The notes: a model not told the origin generated them from the letters alone. A stretch of 32,978 nucleotides of DNA from Burkholderiales bacterium (GCA_005800795.1 SYEN01000053.1:1-32978); one strand, 5' to 3'; numbered from the stretch's first letter, positions 17,790-27,029 are shown. Program-made: numbers and translations.

Positions 17790-18569
17790 ATGTCCTTTAA
17801 AACAATTACTTATGAAGAAGAAGGCGCTATCGGCTGGCTCACACTAAACCGCCCTGACGACGGCAATATGTTCACCGCCGAGATGTGTCACGAGATACGT
17901 GACTGCATTAACGACATCCGCCGGGAAACGCGCACGCGTGTCATTGTCATCACCGGCGCGGGCGATAAGTTCTTTTGCATCGGCGGTCGCAAGGATGGTC
18001 TCGAAGACACCACGCTTTACGCCGGCATGCTGCCGACGCGGGAGATTTACGAAAGCCTCGAGCGCCTGCAAAAGCCGGTGATCGCCATGGTAAACGGCTA
18101 CGCGGTGGGCGGCGGGCAAGTGCTGCAAGTGATGTGCGACATCACGGTGGCGAAAGAAAGCGCGGTGTTCCGCCAGGTCGGCCCGATGATGGGTAGCTTC
18201 GACGCGGGCTACGGCACTTGGTACCTCGAAGACCTCGTCGGCAAAAAGAAGGCCAAGGAAATGTGGTTTGCCAATCCGCGTTTGTCGGCTAAAGAAGCGC
18301 TGGAAATCGGCTTGATCAACAAGGTCGTGCCGGACGACAAATTGCGCGAAGAAACCCGCAAAATGGCGCTGGAGATAGCGGATCGTGGCGCGTTTGCGTT
18401 GGCTTCATTAAAGGCCGCGTTTACCGCGCGGCACACTGGCGTGACCGGGCTGGCGCGGGTGTCGCATGATTTGTTGCTGCGCTTGTATCTGGATTCGGAT
18501 GAGTCGAAAGAGCTGGGCGAATCGTTTCGTGGGAAACGTAAGCCAGATACGGATTTGTTTGGGCACTAA
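17790..18569 (+). CDS. Crotonase-superfamily enzyme, MenB/BadI-like (putative ring-opening beta-ketoacyl-CoA hydrolase)
   Basis: VNGYAVGGG..L..CD and FRQVGPMMGSFDAGYGT..VGKKKAKEMW are typical of the MenB/BadI clade. Confidence 0.8.
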   Translation: MSFKTITYEEEGAIGWLTLNRPDDGNMFTAEMCHEIRDCINDIRRETRTRVIVITGAGDKFFCIGGRKDGLEDTTLYAGMLPTREIYESLERLQKPVIAMVNGYAVGGGQVLQVMCDITVAKESAVFRQVGPMMGSFDAGYGTWYLEDLVGKKKAKEMWFANPRLSAKEALEIGLINKVVPDDKLREETRKMALEIADRGAFALASLKAAFTARHTGVTGLARVSHDLLLRLYLDSDESKELGESFRGKRKPDTDLFGH

Positions 18570-18589
18570 GGTCAACGTCAAAAACCTTG

Positions 18590-18609
18590 ACGCAGATAAA
18601 CGCAGATTA
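18590..18609. repeat. 10-bp tandem duplication ACGCAGATAA/ACGCAGATTA
   Basis: Directly visible in the intergenic space just before the REP-like hairpin. Confidence 0.6.
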
Positions 18610-18619
18610 AAAACCACAA

Positions 18620-18702
18620 CTGTCATTCCCGCGAAAGCGGGAATCCATAAGCCGTCTCAAGTGGCACTGTGTTATGGATTCCCGCTTTCGCGGGAATGAC
18701 AG
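18620..18702. repeat. REP/REPIN-like element: perfect 31-bp inverted repeat of the GTCATTCCCGCGAAAGCGGGAATCCA family
   Basis: CTGTCATTCCCGCGAAAGCGGGAATCCATAA (18620-18650) and its exact reverse complement (18672-18702), 21-bp spacer; each arm is itself a hairpin and contains the dRS3-like core ATTCCC-N8-GGGAAT. Confidence 0.92.
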
Positions 18703-18727
18703 GTTGGAGATTTCACGTAATCGCCTC

Positions 18728-20380
18728 ATGTCCACACTGCTCACACTACATAATCCCCAGACCGCCCGCCGCTACTACGAAGCTGGCTGGTGGAAGAGCG
18801 ACACGATGTACACGCTCGCCGCGCACCACGCACGCGTGCGTCCGCAGGAATACGCCTTACGTGACAGCCGTCATCGTCTGACCTGGCAGCAGTTGGTGGC
18901 ATGGGTGGACGCCCTGGCCGCCGACATGCAAGCCGCCGGTTTGAAGCGTGGCCAGCGCGTCTCGGTGTGGCTGCCCAATCGCGTCGAAGCCGCCGTAGTG
19001 TTTCTTGCCTGCTCGCGCAATGGTTATGTGTGCAATCCGTCGCTGCATCAGAACTACACCGTAGGCGAAATCGTTACGCTGATGGAACGCAGCCAGACGG
19101 TTGCCTTGTTCGCGCAACCGGGTTATGGCGCGGATGCCGATAAGGTCAACGTTTTCGAAGCCGCAAAGTCGTTGCCGGCACTAAAGCGCGCGTACAACCT
19201 GGTTGGCAGCGATTTTCCCGCGTTGGGTGCCAAGCCCGCTGCCACGCTGCCGGAAGTCGACACCGATCCCGACAAAATTGTTTATCTCGCCTTCACGTCG
19301 GGCACCACCGGTATGCCCAAAGGCGTGCTGCATTCCGACAACACGCTACTCGCCAATGGCCGCGCGATGGTGCACGACTGGCATCACGATGAGCACACTG
19401 TGCTGTACACGCACAGCCCGCTGTCGCATCACATCGCGACCGTGGCTGTAGCGCAGAGTCTGTGCGCGGGCTTTGAACTGGTGTTGAACGACCTCAAGCC
19501 CGGCCAGAAGCCCCTCGATGGCCTGCTCGAAACCAACGCCACCTACGTGATGGGTGTGCCGACCCACGCCATTGATATTCTGGCAGACGCCAAACGGCGC
19601 GGCATGAATCATCTGGGGAAGGTCAATCTCTTTTACATGGCCGGTTCAGTCATTCCGCCGGAAACCGCACGCGCGTTTCTCGATTGGGGCATTAAACCGC
19701 AGAACATTTACGGCATGACCGAAAATGGGTCGCATCAGTACACCATGCCCGACGACACCGTGGAAATCATCACGACGACCTGCGGGCGCGCCTGCCACGG
19801 CTATGAAACCCGCCTTTGGGATCAGGAAAACCCGGACATCGAGGTGACCAAGCCCGGCGACATCGGCGAAATTGGCACGCGCGGCGCGTTGCTGATGCTG
19901 GGCTACTTCAACAATCAGTCGGCCACCGAGAATTCGTTCAATGCCGGCGGCTGGTTCATGAGCGGCGATCTGGGCCGCATGGATGAACATGGCAACCTGC
20001 AAATTGTCGGGCGCAAGAAAGATTTGATCATACGCGGCGGGCACAACATTCATCCGTCGCGCATCGAGAATCTGGCATTGAAGCACGCAGCGGTGCTGAA
20101 GGCGGCGGCATTCCCCCTGGCGGACCGGCGCCTGGGCGAATGCGTGTGTCTGGCGATTATTCAGCGTGACTCCGCGCATGTCGGTGGTGACGAAATGCTG
20201 GCCCATTTGGATGCAGCGGGTTTGTCAAAATACGACATGCCGGAATTTTTTATTGCACTGGAAGCCTTTCCGCTCACTGCCAGCGGAAAGATTTTGAAGC
20301 GTGAACTGGTGGAATGGGCCAAGGCCGGCAAAATCATGCCCGCACCGGTACGATTCACCGCAGGAACAGGGAAAATGTAA
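18728..20380 (+). CDS. Acyl-CoA ligase (AMP-forming), cyclohexanecarboxylate-CoA ligase-like
   Basis: FTSGTTGMPKG, YGMTE, GWFMSGDLG, GRKKDLIIRGG and PLTASGKI motifs. The ORF extension from 18674 is just the translated REP arm, so ATG 18728 is preferred. Confidence 0.9.
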   Translation: MSTLLTLHNPQTARRYYEAGWWKSDTMYTLAAHHARVRPQEYALRDSRHRLTWQQLVAWVDALAADMQAAGLKRGQRVSVWLPNRVEAAVVFLACSRNGYVCNPSLHQNYTVGEIVTLMERSQTVALFAQPGYGADADKVNVFEAAKSLPALKRAYNLVGSDFPALGAKPAATLPEVDTDPDKIVYLAFTSGTTGMPKGVLHSDNTLLANGRAMVHDWHHDEHTVLYTHSPLSHHIATVAVAQSLCAGFELVLNDLKPGQKPLDGLLETNATYVMGVPTHAIDILADAKRRGMNHLGKVNLFYMAGSVIPPETARAFLDWGIKPQNIYGMTENGSHQYTMPDDTVEIITTTCGRACHGYETRLWDQENPDIEVTKPGDIGEIGTRGALLMLGYFNNQSATENSFNAGGWFMSGDLGRMDEHGNLQIVGRKKDLIIRGGHNIHPSRIENLALKHAAVLKAAAFPLADRRLGECVCLAIIQRDSAHVGGDEMLAHLDAAGLSKYDMPEFFIALEAFPLTASGKILKRELVEWAKAGKIMPAPVRFTAGTGKM

Positions 20381-21147
20381 TGGCCATAGAACTGACTCGT
20401 GTCGAGGATTTTGCGTTGATTACCATCAATCGTCCCGACGCCCTGAACGCGCTGTCGCTGGCGCTGATACGCGACCTTGGCGCGTGCATTGACGAGGTGG
20501 CCAAGAGCGATACCCGCGCGTTGATTATTACCGGCGCCGGCCCCAAGGCGTTTTGTGCCGGTGCGGATATCAAGGAGTTGCAAGGCCGCAGCTTGATGGC
20601 ACAAAAGCAGGGCGGCGAATTCGGGCAGGCGACGTTCGCCAAACTTGATACGTTGCCGATGCCTTCCATTGCGGTGATCAACGGTTATGCATTTGGGGGC
20701 GGCATGGAACTGGCGCTGGCCTGCACCTTCCGTCTTGCCACGAAGAACGCCAAAATGGGTACGCCCGAAATCAAGCTGGGGCTGATCCCCGGTTACGGCG
20801 GCACACAGCGACTGCCGCGGGTGGTGGGTGAAGCGCGCGCGCTGGACATGGTGATGACAGGGCGCACGGTCGACGCCGAAGAAGCCGTGCGCATCGGGCT
20901 GGTGAGCCGTATCGTAGAGGGGGAGGCGGTTGCAGCGGGCATTGCCTACGCACGCGAGTTCTCGGGCTACAGCCTGCTGGTGCTGCAATTCGCGCGGGAT
21001 GCGGTCACGCGCGCCGGCGAAACGCCGCTGCACGCCGGTCTGAAAATCGAGGCCGATCTGGCGACGCTGGCGTTTCAGACGCAGGATGCGGTCGAGGGCA
21101 TGGCCGCGTTCGCGGAGAAACGCAAGGCCGTGTTTAAAGACAAGTGA
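20380..21147 (+). CDS. Enoyl-CoA hydratase/crotonase
   Basis: TAATG overlap with the ligase gene; AFCAGADI, GGGMELA and PEIKLGLIPGYGGTQRL (both catalytic Glu present). Confidence 0.93.
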   Translation: MAIELTRVEDFALITINRPDALNALSLALIRDLGACIDEVAKSDTRALIITGAGPKAFCAGADIKELQGRSLMAQKQGGEFGQATFAKLDTLPMPSIAVINGYAFGGGMELALACTFRLATKNAKMGTPEIKLGLIPGYGGTQRLPRVVGEARALDMVMTGRTVDAEEAVRIGLVSRIVEGEAVAAGIAYAREFSGYSLLVLQFARDAVTRAGETPLHAGLKIEADLATLAFQTQDAVEGMAAFAEKRKAVFKDK

Positions 21148-21156
21148 GGATGCAAC

Positions 21157-21906
21157 GTGAAGGGTGAACAGAATCTGCGGGTGATTGTGGTTACCGGCGC
21201 CAGCCGGGGTATCGGCGCAGTGATTGCCCTGACCCTGGCGCAGCGCGGTTACACGGTGGGTTGCCTGTCGCGCAAGGGCGCCGGGCCGGAGATGGATGTG
21301 CCTGCCGAACTTGTGCCGCGTTTCATCAACGCCGCCTGCGATGTCACCGACGAAGTCTCTATCAAACAGGCGCTGGCGGGTGTGGCGGCCATAGCTGGCG
21401 CGATCCACGGCATTGTCAACAAGGCCGGCCTTCATCTCGACGGCCCGAGCGACAAGCTCGCGCTGAAGGTTTACAACGACGTGATGGCCACCAACGCCAC
21501 GGCAGTGTTTACGGCGTGCCGCGAGGCTTATCCGCATCTAGTCAAGGCCGGCGGCGGCATCATTGTCAACATCGGTTCGTTCTTCGACAAAGTGGGCGTG
21601 AAGCGCAACGTCGCTTACTGTGCGTCGAAGGCGGCGGTGGGCGCGATCACGCGCTGCCTTGCGGTGGAGTGGGCGCCGAAGAACATTCGCGTGATCGATG
21701 TCGCACCCGGCTATATCGAAACCGATTTGAACCGCGCGGCGTTTCAGGGGCCGTTGCGCGAATTTCTCGCCAAGCGCATTCCCGGCGGCAAACACGGCGC
21801 GCCGGAGGACATTGCCAAACTGGTGGCGGCGCTATTTTCCGAAGACATCCCGTTCCTTACCGGGGAGACAATTTATATCGACGGCGGGCAAGGGATGACG
21901 CATTGA
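21157..21906 (+). CDS. Short-chain dehydrogenase/reductase (3-oxoacyl/hydroxyacyl-CoA type)
   Basis: TGASRGIG, YCASK, PGYIETD and TGETIYIDGG; NKAG replaces the usual NNAG. Confidence 0.92.
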   Translation: MKGEQNLRVIVVTGASRGIGAVIALTLAQRGYTVGCLSRKGAGPEMDVPAELVPRFINAACDVTDEVSIKQALAGVAAIAGAIHGIVNKAGLHLDGPSDKLALKVYNDVMATNATAVFTACREAYPHLVKAGGGIIVNIGSFFDKVGVKRNVAYCASKAAVGAITRCLAVEWAPKNIRVIDVAPGYIETDLNRAAFQGPLREFLAKRIPGGKHGAPEDIAKLVAALFSEDIPFLTGETIYIDGGQGMTH

Positions 21907-21949
21907 TGTTTGTAAATATGTGTTTAATTGAATAATTTTAAGGCTCGCG

Positions 21950-23125
21950 ATGAAGGTATTTGAGCGCATGGACAACAGCGTGACGTTCAGCAACGAAGAA
22001 CGCATGCTGATCGACGCCGTGCGCGCACTGGCGCGCGACCAGATCGCACCGCGCGCGGCGGCCAACGACAAGTCCGGCGAATTTCCGTGGGACAACGTCC
22101 GCGCGATTAACGCATTGGGTTTGAACGCGATGTTTGTGCCCGATGCGTACGGCGGCGCGCACATGTCGTATGCGGCGTACCTTGAATGCGTGCGCGAGAT
22201 CAGCAAGGCATGTGCATCAACCGGCGTGATCTGGGCGACCAACTTTCACGCCATGAAGCCGTTGGTGGATTGGGGCAACGAGGAGCAGAAAAAGCGCCTG
22301 CTGCCGAGGGTGGCCGAGGGTGCGCTGGCGTCGCTGGTGATTACCGAACCCACGGCGGGGTCGGACGCAACGGGCATGAAGACTTCTTTCACGCCCGATG
22401 GTAATGATCGCGATTCGATCATCGTCAATGGCTCCAAGACTTTCATTACCAACGGTGCGCACGCGGATTTGCTGCTGGTGTTCGGCAAGTGGTCAGAGAT
22501 TGCCGACAGCAAAGGTGCGATCTCGGTGCTGATCATGGAGAATGGCACGCCGGGTCTAAAGGTCATCCGCGAGGAAGACAAGATGGGCTTGCGTGCTTCC
22601 AGTACCGCAACGCTCGCCTTCGACAATTGCCGTGTACCGCGTGCGAATCTTCTGGGCAACCCCGGCGACGGGCTGAAAATTCTGCTGGCGTCACTCAACA
22701 AGTCCCGCCCGAGCGTTGCCGCGCACGCGCTGGGCATTGCACGCGGTGCGTTTGAGGACGCGGTTAATTACATCAACGAACGCAAGCAATCAGGCCGCAG
22801 GATTGTCGAGTATCAGGGCATCCAGTTCATGCTGGCGGACATGGCGACGGATCTGGCGCAATGCGAGGCGTGGCTGTGGCACGTGGCACGCATGGTCGAC
22901 GACGGTGCCACGGATTTCGGCGTGGAGTCGTCAATGCTTAAAATGCGCGCCTCCGATGTGGCCATGCGCATCACCACCGACGCGGTGCAGCTGTATGGCG
23001 GTTATGGCTATATCAGGGATTTTCGCGCCGAGCGGTTGATGCGTGATGCCAAGATCACGCAAATCTGGGAAGGTACCAATCAGATACACCGGCAGTTGAT
23101 TGGGCGCAGTTTTCTTAAAAAGTGA
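21950..23125 (+). CDS. Acyl-CoA dehydrogenase
   Basis: TEPTAGSD, NGSKTFITNG, KMGLRASST, QLYGGYGY and IWEGTNQI motifs; start could be 21968. Confidence 0.95.
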   Translation: MKVFERMDNSVTFSNEERMLIDAVRALARDQIAPRAAANDKSGEFPWDNVRAINALGLNAMFVPDAYGGAHMSYAAYLECVREISKACASTGVIWATNFHAMKPLVDWGNEEQKKRLLPRVAEGALASLVITEPTAGSDATGMKTSFTPDGNDRDSIIVNGSKTFITNGAHADLLLVFGKWSEIADSKGAISVLIMENGTPGLKVIREEDKMGLRASSTATLAFDNCRVPRANLLGNPGDGLKILLASLNKSRPSVAAHALGIARGAFEDAVNYINERKQSGRRIVEYQGIQFMLADMATDLAQCEAWLWHVARMVDDGATDFGVESSMLKMRASDVAMRITTDAVQLYGGYGYIRDFRAERLMRDAKITQIWEGTNQIHRQLIGRSFLKK

Positions 23126-23151
23126 AGGTGAAGCGTGAAAGGTGAAGTGAA
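23122..23151 (+). repeat. Five GTGAA-containing short tandem repeats spanning a stop/start junction
   Basis: GTGAA at 23122, 23128, 23135, 23142 and 23147; a similar tract lies at 21144-21168. Confidence 0.6.
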
Positions 23152-24262
23152 AAGTCAGCCTTTGGTGGGCGTGCGTGTGCTCGATTTCAGCACGCTGTTG
23201 CCGGGGCCGCTGGCGACGTTGATCCTCGCCGAGGCCGGCGCAGAGGTCATCAAGATTGAGCGGCCGGGACGCGGCGATGAAATGCGTTCGTATGAGCCAA
23301 AGTTCGGTACGGACAGCGTGAATTTCGCGATGCTGAATCGTGGCAAGAAAAGCCTTGCAATTGACCTGAAGGATGTTGCCGCGCGCGAAGCGTTGCTGCC
23401 CTTGCTGCGCGAGGCTGACGTGGTGGTTGAGCAATTCCGCCCCGGCGTGATGGATCGGCTGGGTTTGGGCTATGACGCACTGAGCGCGATTAACCCACGT
23501 GTTATTTACTGCGCGATCACCGGTTACGGCCAGACCGGCCCGCGTGCCGAAGTGGCGGCACACGACATTAACTACGTGGCTGAGTCCGGCATGTTGTCGC
23601 TGGCGGCAGGCGAAGACGGCGCGCCCATCGTGCCGCCCGCGCTGATCGCAGACATTGGCGGCGGCACCTATCCGGCGGTGATTAACATTCTGCTCGCACT
23701 GCGCTCGCGCGATGCGACGGGCAAGGGCTGCAAGCTCGACATCGCGATGGGCGACAACCTGTTCACGTTTTTGTATTGGGCCATGGGCAATGGTCTTGCG
23801 GCGGGCAAATGGCCCAAGCCCGGTGGCGATCTGGTCACCGGCGGCAGTCCGCGGTTTTTTGTTTATCGCACCCGCGATGATAAATTTATTGCCGCGGCTC
23901 CTCTGGAGCAGAAGTTCTGGGAAAATTTTTGCGATGCGATACAACTCGACAAGCAATACCGCGACGATGCAAAAGACGTGACGGCCACGAAGCAGGCCGT
24001 GGCCGCGCGATTGCGCGCGAAAACAGCGGCCGAATGGCAGGCCATTTTCGCCGGCAAGGATTTGTGCTGCTGTGTTGTTGCGACGATGCAAGAAGCTCTT
24101 GAAGACCCGCATTTCAAGGCGCGTGGCCTGTTCAATCGTAAGGTCGCGGCGGACGGCAAAACCCTCATCGCGCTGCCGGTGCCGGTGGCGGACGCATTCC
24201 GCTCGGCGAAAATCGAGGAGGGCTACCCGGCTTTGGGTGGTCATAACAACATTTTAAAATAA
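23135..24262 (+). CDS. CoA-transferase family III / alpha-methylacyl-CoA racemase-like
   Basis: VLDFSTLLPGP, LNRGKKS, EQFRPGVMDRLGLGY, AHDINY and LIADIGGG (His/Asp pair of the AMACR subgroup). Confidence 0.92.
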   Translation: MKGEVKSQPLVGVRVLDFSTLLPGPLATLILAEAGAEVIKIERPGRGDEMRSYEPKFGTDSVNFAMLNRGKKSLAIDLKDVAAREALLPLLREADVVVEQFRPGVMDRLGLGYDALSAINPRVIYCAITGYGQTGPRAEVAAHDINYVAESGMLSLAAGEDGAPIVPPALIADIGGGTYPAVINILLALRSRDATGKGCKLDIAMGDNLFTFLYWAMGNGLAAGKWPKPGGDLVTGGSPRFFVYRTRDDKFIAAAPLEQKFWENFCDAIQLDKQYRDDAKDVTATKQAVAARLRAKTAAEWQAIFAGKDLCCCVVATMQEALEDPHFKARGLFNRKVAADGKTLIALPVPVADAFRSAKIEEGYPALGGHNNILK

Positions 24263-24301
24263 TCAATAAAAACAAATACTTATGAATAAACAAGAACGGC
24301 A

Positions 24302-25294
24302 ATGAAAGCGCTCATCGTCACCGAACACGGCCCTGTCGAAAAATTATCACTCGGGGAGTTTCCTGATCCCAAGCCGGGCAAGGGCGAAGTGTTGATCGAC
24401 GTGCATGCAGCCAGTGTGAATTTTCCCGACCTGCTGGTAGTGGGCGGCACGTATCAAAATCTGCCGCAGCGGCCGTTTGTGCCGGGCAAGGATTTATCCG
24501 GCGTGGTTGCGGCAACCGGCGAGGGCGTCACGCAGGTGAAGACGGGTGAGCGCATCGTCGCGCAGATCGAACACGGCGCTTTCGCGGAACGGGTGGCCGT
24601 GCGCGAAGCACTGTGCTTCAAAATGCCGGAGAAGATGAGTCACGCCGAAGGCGCGGCGATGGGCCTTACCTACCTCACCGCGCATAACGCCATTGTCGAG
24701 CGTGCGCGCATGCAGCCCGGCGAAACCGTGCTGGTCACGGGCGCAGCGGGTGGCGTGGGCTTTGCCTGTGTGCAGCTGGCCAAGGCGTTGGGCGCGGTGG
24801 TGGTGGCGACCGTGAGTTCGGATGAGAAAGCCGCACTGGTGAAAGCCAATGGCGCAGATCATGTGGTGCGCACCGATGTGGCCGATTTGCGGGAGTCGTT
24901 CCGCAAACAGGTGTTCAACGCAGTTGGCAAGCACGGCATCGACCTCGTGCTGGAAAACGTCGGCGGTGATGTGTTCGACGCCAGCCTGCGCACCATGGCC
25001 TGGTGCGGGCGGCTGGTGATCATCGGTTTCGCGGGCGGGCGCATCCCGGAGGTGAAGGCGGGCTACCTGCTGGTGAAAAACATCTCGTTGATCGGCCTGC
25101 AAAGCAGCGATTATCGCGAGCGTTGGCCGGCGGTGGTGCGCAACGCCTATGACCAGTTGTTCGCGTTGTATGAGCAGGGCAAACTCAAGCCGCATGTGAT
25201 GGCGGCTTACCCGATGGCGGATTACGTAGCCGCGCTGAATACGGTGAAGGATCGGAAGGTCTTGGGCAAAGTCGTGATTATGATGCGGGTTTGA
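24302..25294 (+). CDS. NADPH:quinone oxidoreductase family (MDR) protein
   Basis: ASVNFPDLL..G.YQ..P..PFVPG, TGAAGGVG and GRLVIIGFAGG motifs. Confidence 0.92.
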   Translation: MKALIVTEHGPVEKLSLGEFPDPKPGKGEVLIDVHAASVNFPDLLVVGGTYQNLPQRPFVPGKDLSGVVAATGEGVTQVKTGERIVAQIEHGAFAERVAVREALCFKMPEKMSHAEGAAMGLTYLTAHNAIVERARMQPGETVLVTGAAGGVGFACVQLAKALGAVVVATVSSDEKAALVKANGADHVVRTDVADLRESFRKQVFNAVGKHGIDLVLENVGGDVFDASLRTMAWCGRLVIIGFAGGRIPEVKAGYLLVKNISLIGLQSSDYRERWPAVVRNAYDQLFALYEQGKLKPHVMAAYPMADYVAALNTVKDRKVLGKVVIMMRV

Positions 25295-25319
25295 CAGGTT
25301 CTGTGGCGGGGTCTATAAA
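25291..25319 (+). promoter_or_regulatory. Near-consensus sigma70 promoter
   Basis: TTGACA (25291-25296, overlapping the upstream TGA), 17-bp spacer, TATAAA (25314-25319), about 115 bp before ATG 25435. Confidence 0.7.
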
Positions 25320-25434
25320 TTCAATTCAACGGGTTTTTGTCACAGGGGTTGCAGAGTATTCCACTGGAAAATCTCTGTGACCGCTGTGTCCTCAGCAGCT
25401 AAACTATTTTGACCATTAATTCGGGAGATAGCAC

Positions 25435-26199
25435 ATGTATGGATGGCGCGGACGCATAGGTTTGCTGGTTCCTTCGATCAACACCACCATGGAAACCGAG
25501 TTTTGGCGCATCGCGCCACCGGGCGTGTCCGTGCACGTGGCGCGCATTTCGGGCGGGCGCGAGGGCACGCCAGAGACGCTGCGTCACATGGAAGACTCCA
25601 GCAAGGTTGCCGCGGGTGATGTGGCGATGGTGGAGCCGGATGTCGTGGTGTATGGCTGCACCAGCGGCAGCTTTTTTGAAGGCCCGACGTGGAACAAGAA
25701 AATTTCCGAGCAGTTGAGCGCCATCACCAAGGCGCCGACGGTCACCACAGCCGGCGGCATGGCGGCATGCCTGATGGCGGGCGGTTTCAAAAAAGTGGAT
25801 ATCGTCACGCCCTATGTGGAGTTGACCAACGAACGCCTGAAGCACTTTCTCAAGGCACACGGCATTAACGTGGTGAAACTCGGCACCTTCGACATGCTAG
25901 ACATGTTTGATCACGCCAAGATTCAACCGGATGAGATTTACCGCAAGGTGAAGGAAATCACCACGCCCAAATCCGAGGCGGTATTCGTGGCCTGCACCCA
26001 ACTGCGCGCGCTGGAAGTGCTCGATCAACTGGAGCGTGATCTGGGCAAGCCGGTTTATTCCGCGGTGCAGGCGTCGGCATGGCAGGCTTTCGAGGCGATG
26101 AACGTCGATCCCCAAATCATGAATTGCGGCAGCCTGCTGCGCAAGTTGTCAGAGCTGGGGGCGCCGAAGAAATCCACGAGAAAGTTGCGTTCGGCGTAG
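25435..26199 (+). CDS. Maleate cis-trans isomerase / arylmalonate decarboxylase (Asp/Glu racemase superfamily) protein
   Basis: RIGLLVPSINTTME, YGCTSGS, IVTPY and VACTQL (two catalytic Cys). Confidence 0.88.
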   Translation: MYGWRGRIGLLVPSINTTMETEFWRIAPPGVSVHVARISGGREGTPETLRHMEDSSKVAAGDVAMVEPDVVVYGCTSGSFFEGPTWNKKISEQLSAITKAPTVTTAGGMAACLMAGGFKKVDIVTPYVELTNERLKHFLKAHGINVVKLGTFDMLDMFDHAKIQPDEIYRKVKEITTPKSEAVFVACTQLRALEVLDQLERDLGKPVYSAVQASAWQAFEAMNVDPQIMNCGSLLRKLSELGAPKKSTRKLRSA

Positions 26200-26724
26200 T
26201 TGATCTTCAACAGTCAAAGTGCCATCACGGATCCCGCGCGCGAAGCCGCTTGGGCCGAGTGGTACTTTGAGCACCTGCGTATCATGGCGACGGTGCCTGG
26301 CGTATTTTCGGCGCAGCGCTTTTTGACTACACATCCACGGCACCCGCGTTCGCTGGCCATGTACGGGGTGGCGAACGCTGACGTGTTCAAGGGCGAGTAT
26401 TACCTCTCCGTGCGCGGCATGGGTGAGTGGTTGCCGCTGATCGACCGGCGTTGGTACCGTCGCAATTTGTTTGATGGGCTGGCGGTTGCGCCGGTGGTCA
26501 ACGAAAAGCAGGTGTTGCTGGTGGCTAATCGCGATGAACCGGACGTCACGCTGGCCGGGGGCGTGTTCACGTGGCTCAAGGTTGCAGGCATCGATTGCTC
26601 GACGCCGTATCGCGGTTTAGCCGTCGTAGCGCAGAGTGAGATACCCGAGCTTCCGCAGGATGTTGCGTGCTATGTGCCTGCATCACTACGCTACGTCAAC
26701 ATTAATGAAAAATTAGTCAATTAA
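26200..26724 (+). CDS. Hypothetical protein with an N-terminal EthD-like dimeric alpha/beta-barrel motif
   Basis: WAEWYFEHL..VPGVFSAQRF motif; TTG start directly follows the upstream stop, so the start is uncertain. Confidence 0.65.
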   Translation: MIFNSQSAITDPAREAAWAEWYFEHLRIMATVPGVFSAQRFLTTHPRHPRSLAMYGVANADVFKGEYYLSVRGMGEWLPLIDRRWYRRNLFDGLAVAPVVNEKQVLLVANRDEPDVTLAGGVFTWLKVAGIDCSTPYRGLAVVAQSEIPELPQDVACYVPASLRYVNINEKLVN

Positions 26725-26743
26725 AACAATTACTTACGATAAC

Positions 26744-26958
26744 ATCATCGTGCAGCGCCAGCGAGAATCGTTCTGGCGCCGAGTTCAAGCGCATCCTCAG
26801 CACGCCGGAAATGCAGAAGCGCATGATCGGCAACGGCAACGGCAACGGCAACGGCGATGAGCCGATGGGCGGGCCCCCGGTGCGTTTCGGCGAAAGTATC
26901 CGTGCGGAAGGGCCCAGTGGGCGCGGTGGTGAAGGCCGCGAAGACTCGGTTGGACCCA
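26744..26958 (+). pseudogene. Degenerate C-terminal remnant of a Bug/TctC tripartite tricarboxylate transporter binding protein
   Basis: Reads AEFKRILSTPEMQKRMIGNG..EPMGGPPVRFGESIRAE, then in another frame VVKAAKTRLD, matching the typical TctC C-terminus; no start or N-terminal region. Confidence 0.75.
26829..26855 (+). repeat. (GGCAAC)4.5 microsatellite
   Basis: Perfect hexamer repeats inside the TctC remnant. Confidence 0.9.
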
Positions 26959-27029
26959 ATGGGTGCAAAAGTAGCGAACCAGGGTAGCGCACTTACGTTT
27001 CACGATTCACAAAAAACAGGGAGGCCGCA

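Noticed and set aside
17790-18569. menB (menaquinone biosynthesis)
   Set aside because: No other men genes nearby; the beta-oxidation context favours a BadI-like catabolic role.
18590-18702. CRISPR array
   Set aside because: The repeats are inverted or only two short copies, with no spacer series and no cas genes.
18674-18727. Longer N-terminus for the acyl-CoA ligase
   Set aside because: It derives from the REP-like arm and flanking DNA; ATG 18728 is more plausible.
21418-21429. NKAG instead of NNAG in the SDR as an inactivating change
   Set aside because: A single substitution with intact TGxxxGIG and YxxxK motifs is not enough to call loss of function.
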